This document shows, piece by piece, positions 1 through 9,186 of a stretch of 64,000 nt of DNA. Numbering within the stretch: position 1 is the stretch's first letter; every line of letters starts with the position of its first letter. Below the pieces are notes generated by a model that worked only from the letters and a program-made list of their open reading frames with translations, was not told where the DNA came from and did no database searches. Source of the stretch: Rubripirellula sp. (GTDB lineage Bacteria; Planctomycetota; Planctomycetia; Pirellulales; Pirellulaceae); the NCBI GenBank assembly GCA_965216875.1, contig OZ244207.1:128001-192000 (forward strand), written 5' to 3'. Made by a program: the position numbers and the translations under genes.

Positions 1-1
1 C

Positions 2-712
2 TTCAAAGCGATTTTTCTTGCCCAGCGGCGTCCCGGGAAACGGGTTGAAGCGGTCGCCTCGGTGATCGTTGATCGCGGCTGCGGCCTGTACGCGCTGCTG
101 CTGTTGGTCGCCATCGCTTTGCTGCTAACGAACCCTACCGAGGCCGAGTCGGGGAACATCGCTTGGATCAAGACCTCAACCGCGATCCTGGTCGGCGTTG
201 GAACGGTCGTGCTCGCTTTCCTCGTCCTCGGTGGTCGAGCCGTCGATCGTCTGATTTTGTGGGGGAGCGATTTGAAGTTTGTCGGTGGCATCGTCAAACG
301 CGTTGGTCCACCCCTTCGTATGTTCCACAATCACCCGGTCACCTTTGGCGTTTCCATTTTGATGAGCCTTGGTGTGCAGACGCTGTTAGCTGTGAGCGTC
401 TATCTGATCGCGATCGGACTTTACAGCACCGCACCAACGTTCGTCGAACACATGGTGATCGTCCCGCTGGGAATGTTGGCTTCCGCGATTCCGATTAGTC
501 CAGCAGGTCTGGGCGTTTTCGAGGGGGCACTCGATGCGTTCTATCGATTCATCCCCGCCGAACCGACACCCGTTTCGGGGACGCTGGTCGCGCTCACCTT
601 CGAAGTGGTCAAAGTGGTGATGGCCGTTGTCGGAACGGTTTTCTATTGGACCGCGAACGAAGAAGTTCGGCATAGCCTCGAAGTGGCCGAAGAAGAAGCT
701 CAGCCCGCATAG
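2..712 (+). CDS. Lysylphosphatidylglycerol-synthase TM (flippase-like, YbhN/UPF0104) membrane protein, 5'-truncated by window edge
   Basis: Frame open from nt 2 (FKAIFLAQ...VASVIVDR); several TM helices; IPISPAGLGVFE motif typical of LPG_synthase_TM proteins. Confidence 0.8.
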   Translation, partial: FKAIFLAQRRPGKRVEAVASVIVDRGCGLYALLLLVAIALLLTNPTEAESGNIAWIKTSTAILVGVGTVVLAFLVLGGRAVDRLILWGSDLKFVGGIVKRVGPPLRMFHNHPVTFGVSILMSLGVQTLLAVSVYLIAIGLYSTAPTFVEHMVIVPLGMLASAIPISPAGLGVFEGALDAFYRFIPAEPTPVSGTLVALTFEVVKVVMAVVGTVFYWTANEEVRHSLEVAEEEAQPA

Positions 713-743
713 TGTTTGCCCCGTTTACCGCGTGTTCCAACAA

Positions 744-838
744 TCACCCTCCCGCTTGCGGGAGGGTCGGACGCAAAACCTCTCCGGGCCTTAGAGGCCA
801 TTGAGCCCGATTCTCCCAAGGGCGCGTGTTGAAACGCG
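744..838. repeat. REP-like palindromic element, family A
   Basis: Perfect hairpin ACCCTCCCGC-TT-GCGGGAGGGT at 746-767, then GCCCGAtTCTCCCAAGGG; related copies at 41432-41535 and 46428-46526. Confidence 0.85.
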
Positions 839-872
839 CTGCTCGTGAGGCCTCGGACCTTCGCCATAGCAA

Positions 873-2999
873 CTATTGGAACGATCGCCGAATCCAACGC
901 ACCACGCGCGTCGCGATCGATTGACGTGGCAAATCGATCTGAACGTGACCGAGGCGATGGACTGGCATGACCGGGCCGCCCGGATCAATCGCGATCCGAA
1001 CGCGATAGAACTTGAGACGACCAGCGTCGAGCAAAGACTTGTTGATCATGCCCGTTGCAGTCCAACGCGGTTCGAGCCGATCGGCAGGCATCGCTGAGAT
1101 CGCGGCCACCGTTCCCGTGGTTTCGCTGGCCTGATCACCAGCAGCGATTTTGACTGTCGCGCCGAGAGCAACCTGAGCGATCTCTGTCTGGCCAACCAAT
1201 GCGAACGCATCACGTCTCGTTGGATGGCCGATGGTGCAGAGTGTGGTTCCTGCTTCCAACCACGCACCCTCATTGGCTGGCGAAAGTGGGGTCTGAATCC
1301 AAGCTTGGCTCTGGTCGTCATCCACAACCTTGGGCTTCCATTGAGCGGCGAAGACTTTGCCGCCAACCGGAGCGTGCACTTTGAGTCTTTGCGCGTGCTG
1401 TTGCAAAGACGCGTGTCTGAGTCTTGCTCCCACGATCTGCTTCTCAATCGCAGGGATGCGGTCTGCGACCGAGGGTTCCGAGGAACGTCTCGCTTGAAGC
1501 GTTTCCCATTCTGCATCGAGCGTCGCCATTTCCGTCTCCAGCTCAAGAAGATCGAGGGTGGCTTTCGCGCTGGCCAGCGTAACAACAAGATCCCCTTCTT
1601 CAACGAGCTGTCCGACGGAGGCCGAGGAAACGCGGTTGCCAGCAACGGGAACGAAGACCGATCGGCCATCCGACGGCGCTATCGACATCGGTGCGATGAG
1701 CGAATGGGGCAACGGTGTGAAAACGATAATTGCGAGAAGGATCGAGGCCATCATGATCACGACGGCCGGACGACTGTTTCGGCGACCAGCCATCTCTCTC
1801 GGACGACTTAGCAAAGGCTTGAGCCAGCGTGCCGTTCCCAACGCAATGCCGACGATGAACAACGCCACGACGGCGCCTCCCAGGCCGACTCGCTGCCCGG
1901 TGTGATTGAGAAACAACCCAATCGCTACCATCACGAACGCACGATACAAACTGCTTGACACTCCGTAGGCCCACAACGTTTTGGTTGGTGCCCCAGAGTC
2001 ACTTGGGCGCGTCGACTGCGATCGCCCCCACACCCAATCACGCAACCTCTGACGGATCAATGCTTGCGACTGACTGGCAAGATTGGGGATGGCGATCAAA
2101 TCGGAAAGGACAAAGTAGCCGTCATACCGCAGCAGCGGGTTGGCGTTGAACAAGACGGTCGAAACCGAACAGACAAGCATGATCGTGACGCACACGTCTC
2201 GCAGTGCTGTGTCGGTTGCAAAGCACCACACGAACGTGGCAAGTGCCGCGAGCATCAACTCACATCCGATCCCCGCCAGTGATACAACGATTCGCTTCCA
2301 CCGTTGGCGGACCAGCCACGCGTCAGACACATCGCAGTAGAGGCACGGAATGCCGACCAAAAACATGAGGCCGATCTCTTGGCACTGGCCACCCACGCGC
2401 CGACAAGCGACGGCGTGTCCTAACTCGTGAATGATCTTGGTCATCGAAATGACCAGAGCCAGCATCACCCACCAACCGACGCCCGACTGCGAAGCAGCGA
2501 CGGAAAGGTCTTGGGCGAATTGATCGAAGTTGACCAAGACAATGATTGAGGCGAAAGCAACAAGGACACCCGTCAACGCGATGAACCTGGGGCCAAACGC
2601 AAACCCAAACACGGGGGCCAACTGATTGAGTAAGCGATGTGGGTTCACGCCTGGCAAACGGATCGCAAGTGGATTGCGCAGCCAGTTCCGGTTTTCCCTG
2701 CTGACTTGCGTTGTGCTTTCGACAAGTAAGCCGTTAACACCAGCCTGTTCGATGAAGGATTCGATCGCCGCCGAGGTGACCGTCGCTGGTTTGATGCGAC
2801 GACGGCATTCGGCGACGACATCGGCAAGCGTTTTCTTGCCATCGAGAGACTCAAGGATCTCGTATTCGCCCGGCTCAAAGTAAAAGAATCGACGAGTGAG
2901 CGGGTCTTTCACTGCAAACATCACCCGCTGTCCCATCTCGATGGGACGAACAACGAGGTCGCCGCGTCGTTTCGCAATGGGGCGCGAGTCGTTCGTCAC
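873..2999 (-). CDS. M50 (site-2) zinc metalloprotease fused to a HlyD-like periplasmic adaptor, with a PqqD-like N-terminal domain
   Basis: HELGH and NANPLLRYDGY motifs in a TM region; C-terminal coiled coil and lipoyl-like VHAPVGGKV; GTG start overlaps the upstream stop (2996-2999). Confidence 0.85.
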   Translation of the reverse strand: MTNDSRPIAKRRGDLVVRPIEMGQRVMFAVKDPLTRRFFYFEPGEYEILESLDGKKTLADVVAECRRRIKPATVTSAAIESFIEQAGVNGLLVESTTQVSRENRNWLRNPLAIRLPGVNPHRLLNQLAPVFGFAFGPRFIALTGVLVAFASIIVLVNFDQFAQDLSVAASQSGVGWWVMLALVISMTKIIHELGHAVACRRVGGQCQEIGLMFLVGIPCLYCDVSDAWLVRQRWKRIVVSLAGIGCELMLAALATFVWCFATDTALRDVCVTIMLVCSVSTVLFNANPLLRYDGYFVLSDLIAIPNLASQSQALIRQRLRDWVWGRSQSTRPSDSGAPTKTLWAYGVSSSLYRAFVMVAIGLFLNHTGQRVGLGGAVVALFIVGIALGTARWLKPLLSRPREMAGRRNSRPAVVIMMASILLAIIVFTPLPHSLIAPMSIAPSDGRSVFVPVAGNRVSSASVGQLVEEGDLVVTLASAKATLDLLELETEMATLDAEWETLQARRSSEPSVADRIPAIEKQIVGARLRHASLQQHAQRLKVHAPVGGKVFAAQWKPKVVDDDQSQAWIQTPLSPANEGAWLEAGTTLCTIGHPTRRDAFALVGQTEIAQVALGATVKIAAGDQASETTGTVAAISAMPADRLEPRWTATGMINKSLLDAGRLKFYRVRIAIDPGGPVMPVHRLGHVQIDLPRQSIATRVVRWIRRSFQ

Positions 3000-4090
3000 G
3001 GTTGCTCCAAACTCGCCTGGATTTGCATTCCCGGCAAGACTGCGTGGTCGGGATTGTCGAACTCAACCCAAAACCGCACCTCGTTATTGACGGGGTCGAT
3101 TTCGGGACTGACAAAAACAACTTTGCCCGTGATGTTGCCCGCGTTGTCACCGGGCAAGTCGACGCTGATGTTGACCGGTTTGCCTTTTGTCAAGACGTCA
3201 AGCCGTGCTGCATCGATGTAGCCCTCGGCTCGAAGCCGATCCAATCGAATGACGCGAAAGATCGGATCACCCGCTTTCACCCAGTCACCGACGTTGCAAA
3301 AGCGTTCGACGACCACACCGACCATGGGCGACGCGATGGTATGTTGCTCGGCCGCCAGTCGGGCCAACCTCCATTGTTGGTCCTGCAAGTCACTTTGCAG
3401 GCGCTCGATCTTTTCATCCGCATGAACTTGGGCCAACTCGATTTCGGATTGCTCCACATTGAGCTGATGCGCCATGGCCGCTTTCGATTCGGCTTGATGG
3501 TCCAATGCGTCGATTTCAAGTTCGAAGGTCGCTTGCACCGTTTCGAGTCGGCTGCGGTCATAGGCCAAGCGAAGGCCATCGATTTCTGATTGCGAAACGC
3601 TGTCGCGGTACCTTGCCCGCGCCGTTGTCGCTCTTTCAAGCTCGTTCTTGGCGACTTCTTGTGCCTTTTCCGAGGCCTGGATTCGCGTTTGGTTTTTTGC
3701 CTTTTTCGCAGCAGCTTCAAGTTGGATCCCGTGCTGGGATTTGAGTTGCTTCTGATGTGCGAGTTTCTTCTCTGCAAGTGCTTGGGCCAACGCATCATCG
3801 GCCTGGGAAACGGCAATCTCACGCTGGGTCTTCGCACGTGCCTCTTCAAGTCGAGCACGGCGATCGTCGAGTCGGCCGAGGGTTTGTTTCGCCTGGACGT
3901 TGTCGCCCTCGCGCACCCGCAATTCGGCAACCACACCGGTATGCTGGGCCGGCACGTTCACCGAATCAATCAGCGTTACCACCAGGTCGTTGATGATGAT
4001 CGGTTCACTCGCCGAGGCCCCGCCAAGTTGCGAAAAAAAGGCTGCGACGAAAAGACCGGCCGATGTGACAATCGTTTTTGTCGATTTCAT
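2996..4090 (-). CDS. HlyD/RND periplasmic adaptor (membrane fusion protein)
   Basis: Signal peptide; VPAQHTGVVAELRVREGDNV and IASPMVGVV lipoyl halves; long alpha-hairpin; GKVVFVSPEIDP...VLPGM. Confidence 0.9.
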   Translation of the reverse strand: MKSTKTIVTSAGLFVAAFFSQLGGASASEPIIINDLVVTLIDSVNVPAQHTGVVAELRVREGDNVQAKQTLGRLDDRRARLEEARAKTQREIAVSQADDALAQALAEKKLAHQKQLKSQHGIQLEAAAKKAKNQTRIQASEKAQEVAKNELERATTARARYRDSVSQSEIDGLRLAYDRSRLETVQATFELEIDALDHQAESKAAMAHQLNVEQSEIELAQVHADEKIERLQSDLQDQQWRLARLAAEQHTIASPMVGVVVERFCNVGDWVKAGDPIFRVIRLDRLRAEGYIDAARLDVLTKGKPVNISVDLPGDNAGNITGKVVFVSPEIDPVNNEVRFWVEFDNPDHAVLPGMQIQASLEQP

Positions 4091-4097
4091 GTTTCTG

Positions 4098-6032
4098 TCA
4101 CCACCAAAATTGTTTGCGAGACCATTCGATCAAACTGCGAAACCAAACGAATCCGAGTGTGCGTTTTCCACAATCGATTTTTGCAATCACGGTCGCACCA
4201 AGGCGAAACTCCTCATGCGATGCCTCATTATTTGACGTATCACCGATGGACGATACGAGCCGCACAACCGATTTACCTTGTCCATTGACGTAGGCGGCAT
4301 CGTCGGACTGGTCGATTTCTGCCCGATAAACACGACTCGAGCCAGAGGCCATTCGGAATTCAACCGCACGAGGTGTGTCGTTGTTGCCAAGCACGTAGGC
4401 CGATTGATTGTCGGGTAGCTCGTATTCGACACGCCAGCCAGCGGTGGTTGAGTAAACGTCGGCAATGAATTGACCGTGAGTGAGGGGCCGCGACAATAAC
4501 GATTGCTCGAGGTTCCAGCGATCCACGATGCCATCGATGGGCGACACCACTTTCAGCTTTCCGCGTTGGGCGACCACAACCTCGATCTGCTTCTCAAGTC
4601 CCTCGATCTGCGTCTGCAGCACACGTTCCTCGGCTGAACTTGGAACGCTTCGGTCCTGCGATTGCCGGTTGGTTTGTCGACGGCCAACATTGAGTGCCGC
4701 AAGCTGTGTTCTGGCCGTATTTAACTTGGCTTGTCGTTCTTCGAGTGCCAAGTCCAGTGCATCGCTTTGAAGCTCGACCAACAGTTGACCCTGTTTGACC
4801 GAGTCACCATTGCGGACGTGGATTTCGACCACGCCAGCTTCGGACGGCGCAAACACACGCGTCATCACCGCCGGTTGTAACCTGCCTTCGACAGGCAACC
4901 AAAAAGTGACAGGAAAGCAAAGGAGGATGCCCAAGGCAGCAAGCACCCCCAAGCCAACTCGCATCCGGGTACGTCTCGCGTTTTCCGATGACAGACGTTG
5001 CGCAAGTTGAGCTGGCGAACCAAGGTGACGCTGAATGGTGATCCCGATCGCTGACGAAACACTCGAACGCATCGAATCGAAGGCGTCAGGTGACAGTTGA
5101 GACGCTGACCCAAAACTCTCGATTGCAATCGCGGCCACGATTTGGTCGTTCTGTCGAATCGGTTCAATCACAATCCCCGCGCAGGTCGAAACGGCAAAGT
5201 AGTCATCGATTGCGGCTTGCATCGTCGGTTCAGCCGGTGTCTCGTCGTGCCGAGTGGCGAAGAGTGGGGCGCCGGCGGCAGTCACTCGTTTCATCAAGCG
5301 TTCGAGCAAGCGAACCTGATTGCTGCGTCGATCAAAATTCAAACATGACGAAACCGCTTCAAGTCGGGCTTTGCTTCCGTCGCTGATTGCGACCGACACA
5401 CGTTCGAATTCACCTTTCTTTGCGACCAGCATTGAAAGACGGTACAGCGATTCTTGCAGGCTGGCTTCACGGTTGATTTGATCAAGCCAATCGTCACGCT
5501 CGCTCAAGCCACGGATCGCTTCACGGGCCGATGACAACTGTTGGCGAACATGAACCGATGCGAGCAGGTCGATGATCGCCTCGGCCAGGTGCGCCAGCGG
5601 TTGCCGCATCGGAAACGCAACGCTTTGCGGAAACTGAAGCTCCATCGCGAGACGCGTGGCACCTTCGATTCGCGTCGAGACGACAAGCTGGCTCGCAGTG
5701 GACGAATCGTCGTCGATCCAACTCGAGCCGACGTTTGTTCCAGGGTGTTGGTTTGCCTTATCTGGTTGCACGTCTGCCGAAGGGGCTTGATCCGAAACGA
5801 CCGCCACGCCGCAGCGCTCGATGACGCGTGTCGATTCACCGTCATCTTCACTGAGTGTGGCTGATGCTGCTCCGACAAACGAAGTCAGCTGATGGAGCAT
5901 TTGACTGAAAAGGCGGCCGCAGGCCTGACCGTCCGTCGGGTCGACCGAACGGCAGCTCGCTTCCGCGTTGGCGACAAAGGCCTCGGCGTCATTCCAGAAG
6001 GGGTTCGCTTGTGGCTCGGACGGTGCCATCAA
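4098..6032 (-). CDS. HlyD-family adaptor with an N-terminal cytoplasmic GAF-like region
   Basis: About 350-aa soluble N-terminus, one TM, then VFAPSEAGVVEIHVRNGDSVKQGQLL, a coiled coil and VVSPIDGIV. Confidence 0.8.
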   Translation of the reverse strand: MMAPSEPQANPFWNDAEAFVANAEASCRSVDPTDGQACGRLFSQMLHQLTSFVGAASATLSEDDGESTRVIERCGVAVVSDQAPSADVQPDKANQHPGTNVGSSWIDDDSSTASQLVVSTRIEGATRLAMELQFPQSVAFPMRQPLAHLAEAIIDLLASVHVRQQLSSAREAIRGLSERDDWLDQINREASLQESLYRLSMLVAKKGEFERVSVAISDGSKARLEAVSSCLNFDRRSNQVRLLERLMKRVTAAGAPLFATRHDETPAEPTMQAAIDDYFAVSTCAGIVIEPIRQNDQIVAAIAIESFGSASQLSPDAFDSMRSSVSSAIGITIQRHLGSPAQLAQRLSSENARRTRMRVGLGVLAALGILLCFPVTFWLPVEGRLQPAVMTRVFAPSEAGVVEIHVRNGDSVKQGQLLVELQSDALDLALEERQAKLNTARTQLAALNVGRRQTNRQSQDRSVPSSAEERVLQTQIEGLEKQIEVVVAQRGKLKVVSPIDGIVDRWNLEQSLLSRPLTHGQFIADVYSTTAGWRVEYELPDNQSAYVLGNNDTPRAVEFRMASGSSRVYRAEIDQSDDAAYVNGQGKSVVRLVSSIGDTSNNEASHEEFRLGATVIAKIDCGKRTLGFVWFRSLIEWSRKQFWW

Positions 6033-6080
6033 ATTGTCAGACGCAGAGGCGGTGGTTGTTTGCGGTCGAGTTTCAACGGC

Positions 6081-6193
6081 GTCGCCCTTTGCTCCGCAAT
6101 CGTTGCCTTGGTCGCCGCTATTGATAGTCGACTTTTGCTCCGCAAAAGCTGCGTTCTTGCAGGCGCTGCGTTCGCGGAGCGAAAGGCGACGAT
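6081..6193. repeat. REP/REPIN-like element, family F
   Basis: ATAGTCGACTTTTGCTCCGCAAAAG (6124-6148) pairs with inverted TTCGCGGAGCGAAAGGCGACGAT (6171-6193); extra half-copy at 6081-6100; fragment GCGGAGCGAAAG at 50112. Confidence 0.7.
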
Positions 6194-6443
6194 CGGGAGC
6201 ATGGTACTCAGCTCAAACACCGCATTTTAACCAGCGTCACGCCCAAGACGGTGATCGAGGCACTGTTTCACGAACATCGCGGGAACAAGCTTCAAATCGT
6301 GACGATTTCACTGAATCCCCTCGGTCTGGTTGTACGAAAAAGAGAAACATTGCGGATTAGGCAGGATCTGCCGATTCACCCGTGAAGAGACGGACGTCTT
6401 GAAAGCAAACAACACCAAAGCGACTCGCCACCAGCCAATCCCG

Positions 6444-8264
6444 ATGACCGGGGTTTGCCGCGAGGCGGCTGCGCGATGGTTGCTGGTCGTGCTTGTCTTT
6501 GCCTCGGGGTGTCGAACCTATTGCAACGTGCCTGAAACAATCGGTCACAACACCGGGCTCATCGACGCCATCATGTGTCAGGTCGATGCGGGCGCACCCC
6601 CAAAGGAATTCGTCGAAGTTCCCACTGCACCGCTGACGTTGCGATTCGCTCACGATTTGGATCGTGTCGAGTATCGCGACATGACGCTCGAGGAAACGCT
6701 GCACTACGCACTTGGAAATGCTCAGGTGTTGCGTGATTTGGGGGCGGCCGTGTTGCGAACGCCCGGCGCCGTGTTGACGACCGAAACCAAAGGCATCATC
6801 GAAACCGACCCGCAAGCAGGCATTGAAGCGGCGCTCTCGGCTTTTGATGCCCAGTTCTATGCGTTTGGCAAATTCCAAAACAACGATCGACGGTTCAATA
6901 ACCGTTTCTTTGGCGGTGGTTCAACGGCATTCAAACAGGACACGCACGACTACGTGTTTCAGATGTCCAAGCGAACGGCAACGGGGGCGCAGTTCGCCGT
7001 CCGCAGCGTGACCGATTACGACGCCAACAATGCGACCGGCAATTTGACCGACAGCGCTTGGCAAACTCAATTGCACGCCGAAGCACGACAGCCATTGTTG
7101 CAAGGTGGCGGACTGACCTTCAATCGAATTGCTGGCCCAAGTGCCAAGCCCGGTGTGTACAACGGCGTGCTGATCGCAAAAGTGCAAAACGATCTGACGT
7201 CTTCAAAGTTTCGCCAGGGGACACGCGACTATGTTTCGAACGTGATCAACGCGTACTGGGACTTGTACTTTGCCTATCGCGACATGGATGCCAAACTCGA
7301 CGCACTCGGTCGCGCGCGGAAAACGTGGCAAAGCTACGAAGCGGATCGCAGCAGTGACCGAAAAGCGGGTGCACCCGAGGCGCTCGCGCGTGAACAGTAC
7401 TATCGTTTTCAGTCCGAACTCCAGGACGCGATCGCCGGCAAGCTGAACGAGCGGACCAAAGTCAACAATGCCAGCTCAGGCGGAACGTTCGCAGGCACCG
7501 GCGGTGTCCAGGCGGCCGAGCGACGATTGCGATTGTTGATTGGGATGGAGCTTGCCGACGGCAAATTGCTCAGGCCTGCGGATGATCCGAACCAGGCGCC
7601 CTTGGTTTTTGATTGGGATTCGATTGCCAAGGAAGCAATTGAACAACGAAGCGAACTTCAACAGCAACGGCTGACGATCAAACGCCGCGAGATGGAAATC
7701 CTTGCGGCCAAGAATTTTCTGATGCCATCGCTTGATCTGGTGACGATCTATCGCGTTCGTGGTCTGGACAAACGCCTTGCCGGAACGCAATCCGCATTTC
7801 GGGAACTCGGCACGATGGATTTCCAGGAATACGAAGCGAGCTTGGAACTGAAGCTGCCCGTTGGTTTTCGCCAGGGGCATGCAGCAGTGCAAAACGCCAA
7901 GCTGCAACACGCTCGCGACATCGCCCTGCTGCGTGAACAGGAACGCCAGGTGCTTCACGACCTTTCGTCGGTCGTCGCGGAATGCGATCGTGCTTTCGCC
8001 CAAATGGATTTGAATCTCAATCGCTTCGTCGCAGCGGGCGACGCGCTGGCCGCACTCGAGGCGAACCGGCAGGCGGGGATGAGTGTTTCGCTTGAACAAC
8101 TTCTCGATGCCCAGCGCCGTGCCAGCGAAGCACAGACGGCCTACTTTCGATCGGCATCCGAGTATTCCGTCGCAGCCAAGAACGTTCAATTCGAAAAAGG
8201 GACGTTGCTTCACACGGTCAATTTGATGATCGTCGAAGAGCCGCAGGTGATTTGGGAAGAGTAG
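6444..8264 (+). CDS. TolC-family outer membrane efflux protein (lipoprotein; start uncertain, TTG at 6399 possible)
   Basis: Lipobox-like FASGC; LRQPLLQG-like motif; NVINAYWDLYFAY; LEQLLDAQRR; two OEP-like halves. Confidence 0.88.
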   Translation: MTGVCREAAARWLLVVLVFASGCRTYCNVPETIGHNTGLIDAIMCQVDAGAPPKEFVEVPTAPLTLRFAHDLDRVEYRDMTLEETLHYALGNAQVLRDLGAAVLRTPGAVLTTETKGIIETDPQAGIEAALSAFDAQFYAFGKFQNNDRRFNNRFFGGGSTAFKQDTHDYVFQMSKRTATGAQFAVRSVTDYDANNATGNLTDSAWQTQLHAEARQPLLQGGGLTFNRIAGPSAKPGVYNGVLIAKVQNDLTSSKFRQGTRDYVSNVINAYWDLYFAYRDMDAKLDALGRARKTWQSYEADRSSDRKAGAPEALAREQYYRFQSELQDAIAGKLNERTKVNNASSGGTFAGTGGVQAAERRLRLLIGMELADGKLLRPADDPNQAPLVFDWDSIAKEAIEQRSELQQQRLTIKRREMEILAAKNFLMPSLDLVTIYRVRGLDKRLAGTQSAFRELGTMDFQEYEASLELKLPVGFRQGHAAVQNAKLQHARDIALLREQERQVLHDLSSVVAECDRAFAQMDLNLNRFVAAGDALAALEANRQAGMSVSLEQLLDAQRRASEAQTAYFRSASEYSVAAKNVQFEKGTLLHTVNLMIVEEPQVIWEE

Positions 8265-8291
8265 TCGAATCGTCTTTGTGTTGGGATTGCA

Positions 8292-8651
8292 ATGACGCAA
8301 CGAGACATCTGCGTTTCGCTCACGTGGTCGGACCAGGGGATTCCAGAAAAGACCCTCGATGCGAACGCACATCTGGAAATGGTGGTGGAATCCGCTGAGT
8401 CGAAGCAAACGCCTGGTTTGCCACCGCAATTGAGTTCCGTTTCGATTCACGGGAACCGAGCGGGGCTCGTCGCACTCGCAACGCGGCTATTGGCAATCGC
8501 CTACACCGACATCGAAGGCTACCACGAGCATTTTGATCACGAAGTACAATCGGGTTTCGTGTTGCACGTGGACGATTGCTGGGAATTGATCGTCGGCAGG
8601 AATGATCATCGAGCCATTCGAAGAGCCAACGACCAGCAAACGCCCACATGA
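8292..8651 (+). CDS. Small protein resembling the Imm32 polymorphic-toxin immunity family
   Basis: SIHGNRAGLVALATRLLAIA...GYHEHFD matches my recollection of the Imm32 pattern (I.aN..GL..LA..Ll.lA....H.H.D). Confidence 0.55.
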   Translation: MTQRDICVSLTWSDQGIPEKTLDANAHLEMVVESAESKQTPGLPPQLSSVSIHGNRAGLVALATRLLAIAYTDIEGYHEHFDHEVQSGFVLHVDDCWELIVGRNDHRAIRRANDQQTPT

Positions 8652-8679
8652 ATTGGGCTGGGTCTGCAGAGGATCGTTC

Positions 8680-9153
8680 ATGGAAACGAAGCTCGTCGAA
8701 GGCGACTTGCTCGATCAAGAAGTCGATGTGATCGTCAATGCTTGGAACCGCAACATTATTCCGTGGTGGTTGCTGTTGCCTCAAGGAGTTTCGGGCGCGA
8801 TCAAGAAACGTGGCGGCACCATGCCCTTTCGGGAATTGGCAAAGCAGGGCGCAATGTCACTCGGTTCAGCCGTTGAAACTTCTGCTGGCAGACTGCCCTT
8901 TCAAGCGATCATTCACGTCGCAGGCATCAATCTGTTTTGGCGTTCGTCCGAGCGTTCAATCCGCGAATCGGTGCGCAACGCCTTGGCGATTGCCCAAGAC
9001 CGCGGCTACGAAACCATCGCGATGCCATTGATTGGCGCGGGATCCGGAGGCGGCAACGCAGACAAAGTGCAACGTCTGATTGAGACGACCCTCGAAGAGG
9101 TCGACTACGACGGTGTCGTCACGATCGTCCGCTACCGCGCGGCGAAGAAGTGA
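8680..9153 (+). CDS. Macro-domain (ADP-ribose binding/hydrolase) protein
   Basis: LVEGDLLDQEVDVIVNAWN, GVSGAI, TSAGRLPFQAIIHVAG, TIAMPLIGAGSGG; ATG at 8680. Confidence 0.9.
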   Translation: METKLVEGDLLDQEVDVIVNAWNRNIIPWWLLLPQGVSGAIKKRGGTMPFRELAKQGAMSLGSAVETSAGRLPFQAIIHVAGINLFWRSSERSIRESVRNALAIAQDRGYETIAMPLIGAGSGGGNADKVQRLIETTLEEVDYDGVVTIVRYRAAKK

Positions 9154-9186
9154 TCGGTACCCCTTCCCTAGGCCAAGATTCTTTTC

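Noticed and set aside
7476..8450. Long antisense ORFs (also 10153-11241, 33570-34667, 37409-38485, 47806-48885, 58832-59818)
   Set aside because: Shadow frames opposite well-supported genes, expected in GC-rich DNA; no recognisable motifs
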